From the NCBI RefSeq assembly GCF_006345805.1, contig NC_043002.1:35960001-36024000 (forward strand): DNA of 64,000 nucleotides, given 5' to 3'. Below the pieces are notes generated by a model that saw only the letters and a program-made list of their open reading frames with translations, did not search any database and had not been told where the DNA came from. Numbering within the stretch: the first letter of the stretch is position 1; the number at the start of each line of letters is the position of its first letter. Source of the stretch: Octopus sinensis (lineage: Eukaryota). Position numbers and translations under genes: made by a program. Below are positions 1 through 11,489 of this stretch, one piece after another.

Positions 1-429
1 TGTGCAAATTCTCAAATTATGCTGGAAATCTACATCCTGGTGCTATTGGAAAAAATATTGTGTTGATTTCATAAGTGTGGTAAAAGTTATAATGATGATA
101 GTACTTTTTTCGTTTTGTATTGACATCTTTATTATCATTCTGCAACAGTTATTTTGCGATTGTAATATTTAATGCTCTATCAGTTGAGAAATATGATCTA
201 TATAGCAAACAGATTATCAAGGCATGGTGGATAGTTATTAGAAACTCAAGTCAAGCTTATTAAAAATATAGGTGAACATATTGTATTCCTCTAGCTTTCC
301 TATAAAAACAAACTAAATAATAATAAATAAAAAAAGCTATGGATTCTGGCTTCAAATTTTGTTTGAAGTGAAGTGTTCATTTTGAAACTTGTTTCCGTTT
401 CAAAAAAAAAAAAAATATATATATATATT

Positions 430-698
430 GGCTTCCGTGCCGGTGGCACGTAAAATGTACCAATCCGACCGTGGCCGTTGCCAGCCTCACCTGGCACCTG
501 TGCAGGTGGCACGTAAAAAGCACCCACTACACTCACGGAGTGGTTGGCGTTAGGAAGGGCATCCAGCTGTAGAAACATTGCCAGATAAAACTGGAGCCTG
601 GTGCAGCCTTCTGGCTTCCCAGATCCCCAGTCGAACCATCCAACCCATGCTAGCATGGAGAACGGACGTTAAACGATGATGATGATGATGATGATGAT
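430..698 (+). mobile_element. 5'-truncated RTE-clade LINE 3' UTR/tail fragment
   Basis: Contains GTGCCGGTGGCACGTAAAA units, GAAGGGCATCCAGCTGTAGAAAC and CCATGCTAGCATGG, ending ACGGACGTTAAAC(GAT)n. The same tail is joined to RTE ORF2 C-terminal coding sequence at 11490-12250 and 47715-48322. Confidence 0.8.
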
Positions 699-1859
699 AT
701 AATGTGGAATTTTATATTTGAAGAATTCTGGTCATACATTCACAAGCTGTATCAGCCAAAAAAACCCACTTGTTTTGGTTAATAATTTTGTTTTTTTGGT
801 TGTTGGTTCATAAATCTCTCTTTTGGCAATTCTGTCTGGTTGGTAGGAATTGGTTGTCTGTCTTAATATTTTTACTGCGAATATTCTTGCCATTTTTTTT
901 ACATTGGCTTCAACTAAAGCTTTCTCTCGGTCTTCAATCACAATTGGAATGATGCCTTTATACTGACCTTCTTCTATTCTTGAAGCTTGCATAGAAAAAT
1001 AACAACAAAATACTAACGACTTAATTGCTGTAAATCTTCTGTTGTTCCTTCCACATATTATCTACTACCATTACAGAAATGTTTGAGTTAAACAAATGGA
1101 TAATTAACCTTTTGTATTGTTACATGTATCTGGTTAACTGACTACACATTACTGTCTTGCTGATTTACTGTCACTGTTGGGAAGGAAAACTGTAATATAC
1201 CGCACCTACTGGGATAAACTATTTGAAATATGGAGAAACTGGAAGCTACCAGAACTCAAACTCACCATTGAGAGTAGATAAATTCCAAAATGCCATCATT
1301 CTGACTCAACATTGTCAGTAGCAATTCTAAAATACCACAGTTTAATCACCAGTACTATCACAATTCTCACTATCCATAGTAACTAGACTGTTCTTGTACG
1401 CATGGCAACTGCCACTAACAGCATTGGTGGTGTGTGGTCATTCATCCTTGCCAACACTTCCCCCATCTCTGCAACTGAGCAGTTGTGAGGGTGGGAGGGG
1501 GCTTCTAAAGAACCACCACCATTATCCACTTTTATAGTAAAGCTCCTAGTTCTCATTTGCCTTCTCTGCCTCTCCCTTCTTTGTCTACTACTACTACTAC
1601 TGCTGCTTCTCCATCATGGCACTATACCACCATGACTGTCACTCTCCACATTGCCACTACTGTTGTTCCATCACCATCATCATCATCATCATTACCATCT
1701 CATCATCTTCGTTATCAATCATGAAGAAGCAAAATAAAAATAAGGACATCCTTAGAGTAAACGGTAATATTTTAGTTAGTGTTGGTTTGAAATGGAAATA
1801 ATTCAGAGGAGCAGAAAAAAAAAAAAAAGAAATGAAACAAGATTTATCAGTTTCAATTG

Positions 1860-2075
1860 CTTGCATGGGTTGGATACATTTTTTTCAGCACAGCATCTTG
1901 CCACTCATTACAGTCCTTTATTATCTCCTTCGTGAGATTTAGCCTCTTGAAATCACTCTTCACCATTTCCAGTATCTTCCTCAGTCTTTCTCTTCCTCAG
2001 GTTCCTTCCACTTCAATTACACAGAAGCTCTTTACTCAACTGTCATCCTCCATATGCATCACATGTCCATGCTAG
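1860..2075 (-). mobile_element. Degraded RTE LINE ORF2 C-terminal fragment
   Basis: Minus-strand translation with stops, ...HMEDDS*VKSFCVIEVEGT*GRERLRKILEMVKSDFKRLNLTKEIIKDCNEWQDAVLKK, matches the RTE end motif seen at 11990-12250 and 21640-21975. Confidence 0.7.
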
Positions 2076-3119
2076 CAGAGTTGCTCTTATTTCCAATTTT
2101 TCTTTCAGCTTACATACATCTCTCTCTCTCTCTCTCCTTCCTTTCTCCCTCTTTTTGAAGACCTCCGCTATAGTCAGACCATCAGGTAAAAAGAAACAAA
2201 AAAAAAAAAAGCAGGCCATGTGCCACCAGTGTACTTTTACAACTCCATCAGGAATTAGATACTTCATAGCATATGTGTGTATGTGTGTGTGTGTGTGGCC
2301 TTCATTTTCAATCAATCCATTGTTTATCGAAAAATTTAATTCATGCTAATGGTTGTAATGGAGATTTCATAGAAAAAAGGAAACTTGCCTTGTAAAACAG
2401 ATTGCCTATCCGATTTCAACAAATGCACAATCTTAACACAAGACGTTTTCCTCTAAGTGAGCATTCATGCAGCAAACAAATCCCAACATTTCAAGTCTTC
2501 CCATTTTTTTTTCTAACAAAATCACAGATCAAATATTAACAAAAAAAAGCAAATATATCTCTTAAAAAAACTTCAAGTGAATAAGCTGAAAGAACATATT
2601 AAAAAAATACATTCTTCAACAACTAAATCATGCTCTCATATTCAAGTATATGGACAATCCTATACACGTATAGATATAGGTGCATAACTTACTGCCACTT
2701 GTATGCAAGCAATCAATCTGTTATTTTATCTACTCTGATACACTGTTGTTCATATTATCATGATACATTCACTGGACTAACACAATCATGACTTTTGACG
2801 TAATTATATTGTTATGTGGCTTAAAATGTGAACATAACATGCAATTGTTATTCATGTTGACTGGGCTAACATAGCCTTGACTCTTGAACTCTAGACACAG
2901 TTACCTTTCATGTAGTTATATGACTCTAATACATGGAAATCAAGGAGAACTAAGTTTTATACATGACTTCATGAACAGCAGCAGCCAATCAAATGGCGCC
3001 CTAACTGATGGCAATTTGAGCCATAATCTTTCCATAAAAAAGAGTAAATTTGCAAACTCTGGTCATTCAAAACAATTATGTTAATGTGAATAAATCTTTT
3101 TAAAGACTCTAAGTGTATT

Positions 3120-3520
3120 TTCAACTGCGTTCTTGTGGCCATTTGGTAGTTAGCTAACTATTAAGCAGTTGTTGCGTATTTGACCCTCCTGTTGTTATGG
3201 TTTGAGCTATGTAAGGCTTTCCATTGCTTTCATTTAATCTGATAGACAGCTGTATTTCAAGAGTCAACCATCTATTCAATCTGTTCACAATTCAATCTTT
3301 CAAAACAAACCTAGTCATAATTATCTAACGAGGGAGCTTCTATATGGCCATTTGATGCACTAGAAGTAGAATCAGTATATCTTTTAATTCACACCTGTAA
3401 AACGAAAAAAAGGAGGATACATTGATAAAAGAAAAAAGTAAAACAAAGGTGTGGTCATAATAGGAATGTATCTCTTTGATAATTGGCCTACTCATTGTAG
3501 ATAATGTTTTATATATCTAC
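3120..3520 (-). repeat. Dispersed repeat family C copy with 3' extension
   Basis: Contains GAGGGAGCTTCTATATGGCC, the reverse complement of the family C end. Collinear and homologous with 5470-5860. Confidence 0.6.
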
Positions 3521-3859
3521 TCATGGGGGAAAAAAAAAGGCAGTTACTTCTGTGTGTGTGTGTGTGTATGTGTGTGTGTGTGTGTGTGTGTGCCTGCTTG
3601 CACAAACACACACACACAAATAATTAGTAATAATGCATATTGCTTATTGAGATAATTCAAAAAAATATTTTGGAGATAATTTGAAATGTAATGTAAGGTA
3701 TATCTTTTTGATAAACATGGAATTTTGGCCTTGCTGTCAAAAATGAGAGTGGTTACACCATAGACTTTTTTTTTTAATCATCCCATGGCCAGAAGTGAGA
3801 CAAATTTGATTAGTTTCTAGTTTTCATAGATTCTCATCAGAGAAAGGATATCCATCTTC

Positions 3860-4590
3860 TGCCCTCAGGAAGATTATTTACACAATGACCAAAGGATGAA
3901 GGTAGATAAAATTTTGCCCTTTGCAAGATATGGATTATGACACCCTGAAATGGTTAAGCGGGAGGATGGTGAAAGAATGAGAATGTAATGAAGTCTTGTG
4001 ACCTAAATAGATAGTTTAGCTGTGTCCCAGCAGTTTGTATACACTATAAATAGATATAAGCCACTTATGTTGTTGTGGACTGAAGGGTATTCTTTCTCTT
4101 ATGAAGACCTAAGAAAACTAGAAACTAATCGCATCAATCTCATTTTTTCGGCTCAAATATATTATAGAAAGAAGCATGATGCAATCACTTCCTTTATTTT
4201 AGTAAAGCTAAAATTTGTATGTTCATCAATATTGTATGTCTTACATTTTATTTGAAATCTCTCACACACACTTAGAAATGTTCATTTTGTCATTGATTTA
4301 TTGATTTATCTGCAGCACACACACACACACACACACACAAATACATAAAAAGCATTTACTATAGAGAATATGTTGTTAATGTGGAATGTGTATCATCTTA
4401 TTTACTCTTTTTGACAAGTTTAAAATAATCTATCTATTTAGGTCACAAGACTTCATTACACCATCATCCCCATCCCCATCCTCTCATTTGAATAGTTCAA
4501 GCTGCAAATGTCCATAACTCTTGAAGAGTGAAATTTTATCTACTTTATCCCTTTGTCATGGTGAAAACATCATCCATGACATTTCTAAGT
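3860..4590. repeat. Inverted repeat pair (arms ~3860-4014 and ~4430-4590)
   Basis: TGTAATGAAGTCTTGTGACCTAAATAGATAG at 3984-4014 has its exact reverse complement at 4430-4460. The outer parts of the arms are homologous but diverged. Confidence 0.8.
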
Positions 4591-5149
4591 ACTTTTCACT
4601 CATATTTCTTGCCTCTCTCTTTAACTATACCAACCACACCCTGAGTCATTAAGTGATGTATAATGCAGTCTATCATTCGGCTAGGAATACCAGCCAAATC
4701 TCCTCAAATTGTGCCTTCACCAGCTCAAAAATCAAAGGGAAAGCACACTTTAAGATCAGTTGCTAACTGCTGGAATGTTTTTAATCATAAACCTGCTCAA
4801 CCTGGATCTAAGCAACTATATCAAACACAAGTTAATGAGGGAACTCTGTGTAGTCACTCTCCCTGTTAGAAATCGCAGTCAAATTTTAATCAGCAGTGTT
4901 TAATTAGTTTCAACTAATGAGCTGTCTTTAAACTTGAATAAAATTTTAAGGCGATCATAAGCTTCGATAAAATATTTCTCTTTTTAAATCTACAGTTACT
5001 TTTTTCTCTCTCACATCGTTGCCATCATCATCATCATCATTATGCCTCTTACTCGACACCTGTTTCACCAACACAATAACATTGTCACTAACATTACTAC
5101 TATAAAAAACAAAACACTAAAAGCAGCAGCACCAGCACTACCAGAATCA

Positions 5150-5340
5150 TTAGAGCAGTAGAAAAAATGCCTTTCAGTATTCCTTCTGGCCCTTAATGTT
5201 CAAGGTTCTATTCTCACCAAGGGAGAATTTTCATCCTTTTAGAGTTGATAAAATAAAGTACCAGTTAAGTACTGGGGTCAGTGTAACTGACTAATCCCCT
5301 TCCCTCAATACTGCTGGCCTTATGCCTAAATCAGAAACCA
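5150..5340 (+). mobile_element. Degraded tRNA-derived SINE, family B
   Basis: TTTCATCCTTTTAGAGTTGATAAAATAAAGTACCAGTTAAGTACTGGGGTCAGTGTAACTGACT matches the better-preserved copy at 61930-62169. Confidence 0.7.
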
Positions 5341-5469
5341 TTTTGATATGGTTAGAATATTATGAAGAAACTTGCCAATAATGGTCATTAACAAATATAG
5401 ATGTCTGGAGCTTTGGAAAAATCTTTTTAAACATAAAATCTATAGGCTGTTACTCATTCTTTCTTCGTG

Positions 5470-5860
5470 TAATAAAAACTGTGTTGTTGCGGTCTTTTGG
5501 TGGTTAAGTAATTACTAAGCGGTTATTGCATGTTTGACCTTCCTGTTGTTATGATTTGTGCAGTCTTAGGCTTTTTACTACTTCCATTTTGATCTGACGG
5601 ACAGTTGTGTTTGAAGAATTGAGCATCTCTGCAATTTATTTTCTGTTTTCAATCTTTCAGAACAAATCCAACTGTGAGACTAATGAGGGAGCTTCTATTT
5701 TGCCATTTGATCCACTGGAAATGGCATCAATATCTCTTTTAATTCACACTCTTAAAAAGAAAAAAAAGACACTTTGAATATAACATTGTTTGAGAAAAAA
5801 ACACAGTTGCATGGTTATAACTTGAATGCTTGTCTTTGATACTAGATCTGTTCAATGTGA
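5470..5860 (-). repeat. Dispersed repeat family C copy with 3' extension
   Basis: Homologous to 3120-3520 in the same orientation; contains GAGGGAGCTTCTATTTTGCC. Confidence 0.6.
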
Positions 5861-6162
5861 ATAATAATTTATTATTTATTATTTAGCAGAGAGGCAGTTT
5901 AGTTTGAACTTCTACATACTGGTCATTGCTAGGAGAGAACATTTGGGCAGGGCAATACAGTTTCAGAGAGTAACTATTAGGGAAAGTGTGCTTAGAAACA
6001 AGGTTTGTAAGATGTGACACAGGAGATGACAAGAGTAAGAATGGCAGTGCATTAAAGTAGGATTGGTACAAGAAGTATTGTAGTAGACTAGACAAAGAGA
6101 AGATACAATGCATCATTAGATTAGCTAACTTTAGGTTAGTTAAAATATGCTAACGATATATT

Positions 6163-6497
6163 TCAACTTCTAAAAGCAAATTCACTGCAGTTACCATGGA
6201 GCAAAAAAGTTCACTCTTATGATAAAAGGTGTTTAAATTTCTCCTGGCCTGGCAGTCCAATAATGCAACTCAGTCAATGTTGTTGACTGTAGTTTAGTTA
6301 AAGCTACAGATTTAAATCTACCCAGAGTTACCTCTCTTCAGTATTTCTCATTCATAGTAGCTGAGGAGCTTGAAACACTGCATTTGGGAATCCTATAGAG
6401 GGAAATATGGGGCAGATATGGTGTTTCTACACCTCTTACCATAAGAGAGAATTTTTTTCTCTAGAGTAACTGCAGTAAATTTGCCTTTAGAAGTTGA
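6163..6497. mobile_element. MITE-like element with ~70 bp terminal inverted repeats
   Basis: Left end TCAACTTCTAAAAGCAAATTCACTGCAGTTAC matches the reverse complement of the right end, TCAACTTCTAAAGGCAAATTTACTGCAGTTAC. No coding capacity; no clear target-site duplication (TSD). Confidence 0.7.
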
Positions 6498-7471
6498 GGC
6501 ACTCATACTGCTGAATCATTAGATTAAAACTTGTACCATGTTCCTTTGTTGTTTAACCCCAGGTCAGTTCTGAATAAGAAATCAGCCTAATCTTTGCATA
6601 TATATCTAGAACTACATTATCCAATAATGAAAAGTGGTAGAGCATGATTTTAGAGATTTCCACTGCTACTTCTAACTGGTTAAGTAACAATGTAGTTGTC
6701 CACTCATTAGCTTAAGTTTTAGCATGCATACTAGTGCCCCCACCCCAATCTCAACTCAGACACCTGAACAGTACAATAATGTAAGGTGAATTTTTGTCTC
6801 GTAGAATTGAAACAGTTTCTAGTTCTAAAGAGATAAACTATAGATTTAAGTATAATGTGTATATTAATACTATTTCACTGTTCTGCCAGGAATGATCTAG
6901 ATCCTCAATGGATGCTGCTTCTTTTGCTAACTTGTATCAGGCACAATGAAGATGTACTATATATTTCATTAATTATAGATTTTGTATGGTATTTTTTTTC
7001 ATCATTATGTCTTTCAAGGCTGATAATCCCTAGGATTATTACTCCTCACAAAGTAACATTTTAAGTGCAAGCATCACTGAAAAAGAAGATTCATTCAAGA
7101 TTCTCAGCCATAGTCTCTTGCTTGAAGGCACCAGTATCAATTAATTGTACTGGTAGTTTATTTTGTTGATCCTTGAAAGATGAAAAGCAGAGTTGACCGC
7201 AGCAGGATTTGAACTCAGAATATAAAAACTTATAATTAAATACCATAGGGCATGTTGTCCAAATTCTAATGATTCTACCAATAAACTGACTAGCTGGAAT
7301 CTTTTTTCTTCCATACCTCTTAAATAAATGCCTAGTAGATCTTGTCTTGAAGAAGCTGAACTTCATATATCAAAACTTATTCGGTCTTCCAACCTATTGG
7401 TTATTTAAAAATCAGGTCATTGACCTTTGCGAGGCTGTTTTTTTTTTAATGACTGATATTTTTACCATTCC

Positions 7472-7508
<37 letters not shown>

Positions 7509-7639
7509 TAATAATATCAGTTACTCTTGTGATAAATAAGTACATTAATAATAATATCATCAACATCATCATTTAACAAAGACATTTTGCATAAAAGGTG
7601 TCTACAAACAGTTTCTTCTCATTTTCATCATCATTATCA

Positions 7640-8640
7640 TCATCATTGCAGTGATCTAGATATTTCAGCCGGTGCATCAGCTTCAAAGCATATTGGCCCA
7701 TCATCAAAGATGGCATCCCAACACTACCATGGAGTGGGTGTTGGTAGCAAATGGATTTCCTGACCAGCAGGACCTCTCCCTTCCATAAGGGATGTGTTTT
7801 GCTGGTCTAGTTTCTTGAGATGAAGTACAGTGGTCAGGTGGTTGTATACTACTGTGGCATTGTATGAATTTGCTAATTACAGCTGAGTTACAGCTTCCTC
7901 TTTGTTCATTTCCGGATGTCATTTAGCACTCTGATAGCAAATTCTTAGACTTCAAGCATCTTTACTAAACCCTTGGTCCAGTGACAGAAATCACTACCGG
8001 CCAACATGAACTTGCAAGCCCACCAGCTTGTTCCTGTTTATGTGTGCTCCTGTATATACCTGGTACTCTTTCAATATAGTGTTGATTACTTCTGTATCTG
8101 AAGCTTTCATGCTTTCTTGCTTTAGCACATGTTCTAGTTCAGAGAATGCAGTCTTTATATTTCCATGAAAGAAATGATGAAGGGCAATTCTCACTGCTAG
8201 CAAGTCATTTGCAATATTTCTTCTATACCTTTTTAAAGCTAGTTTCTCTTCTACTCTATTGTTCTCTCTGTAGCTTTCATTGCTAAAGCTAACAGTCTGA
8301 TTTTTCTTTTTAATGAAATCTGCCATCTGTTGTTGGTGATGGCTTCCATCAATTCCACTAAACTAGTACACGAAATTTTACCTTGAAATCTTTTCATTCT
8401 AATAAGGATCCATTCATTTTCCAGTATCTGAGTCCTTGTCTATTTGTCTTTTCTAAGATGACTGTGAAGTTCACAAATTTGTGGTGTGAGTAACCAGCTG
8501 CTTCAAATTGTCTCTTGCTGTTAATTTGTCTCCTGTTGTTGTGTCTACTGCTTTTCTTATGATTGCAGGTCTGTTGCCTAGCTAAGTTATTGGTCACACT
8601 TTTCTTCAGAACTGTTAAAATTAGTGCTTCCAAACATTTG
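7640..8640 (-). mobile_element. Degraded, internally deleted L1/Tx1-clade LINE ORF2
   Basis: Endonuclease C-terminal motif YSHHKFVNFTVILEKTNRQGLRYWKMNGSLLE (like SDHK...GYWKLN.SLL). RT motif ILKEYQVYTGAHINRNKLVGLQV (like YE..TGAKIN..KS.GL). Then FCHWTKGLVKMLEV and GSVGMPSLMMGQYALKL. Contains stops and frameshifts. Confidence 0.75.
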
Positions 8641-8910
8641 AGATTTAGTGGGGGTTAGCTCAGTATAGTTTCATACCTGCCCTCACTTCCTTTTGGACAG
8701 TTGTTATAGCATAAGCCATTTGAACTCTTTTGTACTATCCATGGTCACTTACTTATCCAAGGGCTCAGCTAGATTTGCATTTGTTTTGTCTTGTATTTTA
8801 TTGTCACCGGAAGGATGAAAAGCAAAGTTAACCACAGCAAGATTTGAACTCAGAATGTAAAAGTTCATAACTAAATTCAGTAGTATAGTTCTATATTTAA
8901 GAGATGAGTA

Positions 8911-9056
8911 ATTATGTACATTATTTACATTATTTACATTTGACGGATATTTGTCCTCATCTTGTTTGCTGTTAACACAACATTTCAGCTGATATACCCT
9001 CCAGCCTTCATCAGGTGTCTTGGGGAAATTTCAAACCTGGGTTCTCATTCCTAAGG
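8911..9056 (-). mobile_element. Penelope-type terminal repeat / SINE 3' part with minimal type I hammerhead ribozyme (8974-9019)
   Basis: Minus strand reads GACAC-CTGATGA-AGGCTGGAGGGTATATCAGCT-GAAAT-GTT-GTGTT: stem I GACAC/GTGTT, intact CUGAUGA core, stem II GGCUG/CAGCU. Followed by AATGTAAAT tandem tail. Confidence 0.75.
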
Positions 9057-9065
9057 TTTATAAGC

Positions 9066-9250
9066 CCTAATGTGTAGTGGTTAAGAGCACAGGCTACTAA
9101 CCCCAAGATTCCCAGTTCAATTCCAGGCATTGAAAAAATACCTTAAGAATGAGAACCCAGGTTCAAAATTTCCCCAAGCTACCTGTTGAAGGCTGGAGAG
9201 TAATTCAGCTGAAACGTTGTGTTAACAACAAACAAGATGAGGGCAAATTC
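9066..9250 (+). mobile_element. tRNA-headed SINE with hammerhead ribozyme body (9178-9223)
   Basis: A-box-like TGTGTAGTGGTTAAG at 9071, anticodon-like stem-loop CAGGCTACTAACCCC, B-box GTTCAATTC at 9115-9123. Then a body ~85% identical (by eye) to the inverted copy at 8941-9056, with core CTGTTGA...GAAACGTTGTGTT. Confidence 0.7.
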
Positions 9251-11489
9251 AGTAGGGTATTTTGTCTGACACTCTAATGGTTCTGCTCTCTCTTTCTCTC
9301 TCTTTCTCACACACTCCTCTCTCCTTCTCTTTCTCCCCTCTCCCCCTTCTCTTTCCCCTCCCCTCCCCTTTCTCATGTATGTATGTATGAACATGCACAC
9401 TCACACACACACACAAAGTTTTTCATACACAAACACATAACTATATCACCTTACTAATTTCTTCATTTTCAGTGCAACATTGTGTAATCTTCTAGTGTAT
9501 TATTTCGTTTCTTATGACAATTAAATATACTGTTATCAGTTGAAATATATCACGTTGCTATGGATATCTAGTATCCTAAATCTTAATTGGATTATCTTGT
9601 CGTATTAAAGAAAACTGTCTTGTCTTCCATTGTAATTATTAAATTAATTTCTTGCTGAAAAATCTTGTTGGAAGTAAGATTTTAATGAGTATAGAAAATA
9701 TGTAGGGCAACAAACTTGTGGTTTTCAAAGGAGATCACGTCATGAGAGTTGTAATAATTAGCTAAGTGAATTGCATGCAGAGTTAGAGATCAAAAGGTTG
9801 ATTGTTCTTATTTTGTCACTGACACAATACTGTGTTTATGGCTAAGATATTTAATGCTCACTAGTTCAGTTCATCTAGTTTTAAATAAGTACTTGTTCTA
9901 AGTTGTTGTTTAGCCCTGATCATAAGCATTTCAGGATTCACTATTTTACCAATGTAACAGTCAAAGAGCTGGCAGATCCTTGTGAGAAACCAGAGTGAAG
10001 AATTAAGAGGTTACTATTGATGCAGATACATTTGTTGTGTCCAGTAGAAATGTTTTAGATCAATTTCAAAGAAACCAATATATAAAGCAATAAGAATGGC
10101 AAATATTAAAACTCAACAAGATGCTTCCTGCAAATTCAGACTATAGCTCTATTATGGTTGTCATGCAAACATCATAAGTACATTTTTATAACTTGAGCAA
10201 ACCATAATTAATTTCTTTTTCTTTCTTCTTCTGTACTTTTATTTCTAATTGAAAGAAATTAATGTCATACATTTGTTTTCTTATATACATACAAATGAAA
10301 ATTCACAGCTGAGAAATTATTGGTATAGTGTCTTCAGCAGATAAAAAAGAACTAGACTTCTTCACTTACTAAACATATTGGGTTCTAGTTTTCTTCAGCC
10401 ACTATGCTGTTTTCCTAGGTAAAGAACACCTTATGTACTCTGTTTGAATTGCAGCTTTGGGCAGTAGATTTCATTCATTGCCTGACTTAACACCACCACC
10501 TAGCTATAGGTACCTTTAGCAGCATCCACTCTTACAAGCATTTGGGCCATGTTTCTGGTCTGCAAATAGCTTCCCCCACCATTCATGGAAACCTTGCAAG
10601 GGTCCTTGTTGTATTAAAAAGTAAGGTTTAACAGGTGATTAATGCATAAAGTTTTCAAAACTGGACATGCTTTGTGGTCAGTAGTCTTATTAGACATTCA
10701 AGGTCTAAGAAAATTTAAATGACCAATCTATAGATCAATGCAGTTTAGATTGCCTTAGTGACAGCAAGTGTTTATACTCTTGTCTCTTGAATCATTTGCA
10801 TGGCTGGAAGGGAAATTGTAGTACCTGAGCAACTGCACTGAGATCACCGAGTAAATATGTATTCAATGACATAGAGTGTGATTGTGTGTGTGTTTTAGAA
10901 TATTTAACCGGTGCTAAAGGCATCACTGTATGTCTAGTTACTTAACATTGTTCATAAGCATTTTCAGAGAATGCCCCTCCCTCCCACCTCTGATTCTTTG
11001 ATGACTTTTGTTATTTAATATTGGATGGAGCATACAGAGGGTACTGAATTAGCAGTTTGGTGGAGTGCTAGGCTAAACACTTCAAAGTATTTAGTTTCAT
11101 CACTTTATGTTCTGAATTCAAGTATTATTGAACCACACAATATGTTTATATGCCTGTCCTTGTGCCAACATAAGAAATCGATATTGATGGCTAACAATGA
11201 AATGAAGTAATATCTTTATACTTGTAATGCTTCAGGTGATATCCACTTGTCTTTAAGAGTTGTAGTTGTTTAATTTCAGGTAACCCTGAACAAGCATGTT
11301 TATGACGAAAAGCACTTCAGCAATGAATATTGCATCTTTTTCTCAGATACAGTGTATCTAAAACTACCTTATCCAAAATGCATTCAAAGATGGCAGATGA
11401 TTTGAGGAAGAATTGACTGCTGTTATTAGAATTTCTTATGACCCTATAGAGGTTCCCTCAGTCACCCAAGACTTTTTCCTTTTTCATCA

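Noticed and set aside
300-656. ORFs such as MLAWVGWFDWGSGKP and MLPWVGRFNWG (also 27649, 47936, 50415)
   Set aside because: They are chance frames through the non-coding RTE 3' UTR repeat.
732-1060. Minus-strand 86 aa ORF (IPIVIEDREK...)
   Set aside because: No convincing splice sites. It may be a decayed L1 ORF1 remnant, but the zinc-knuckle residues are not present in one frame, so it is not called.
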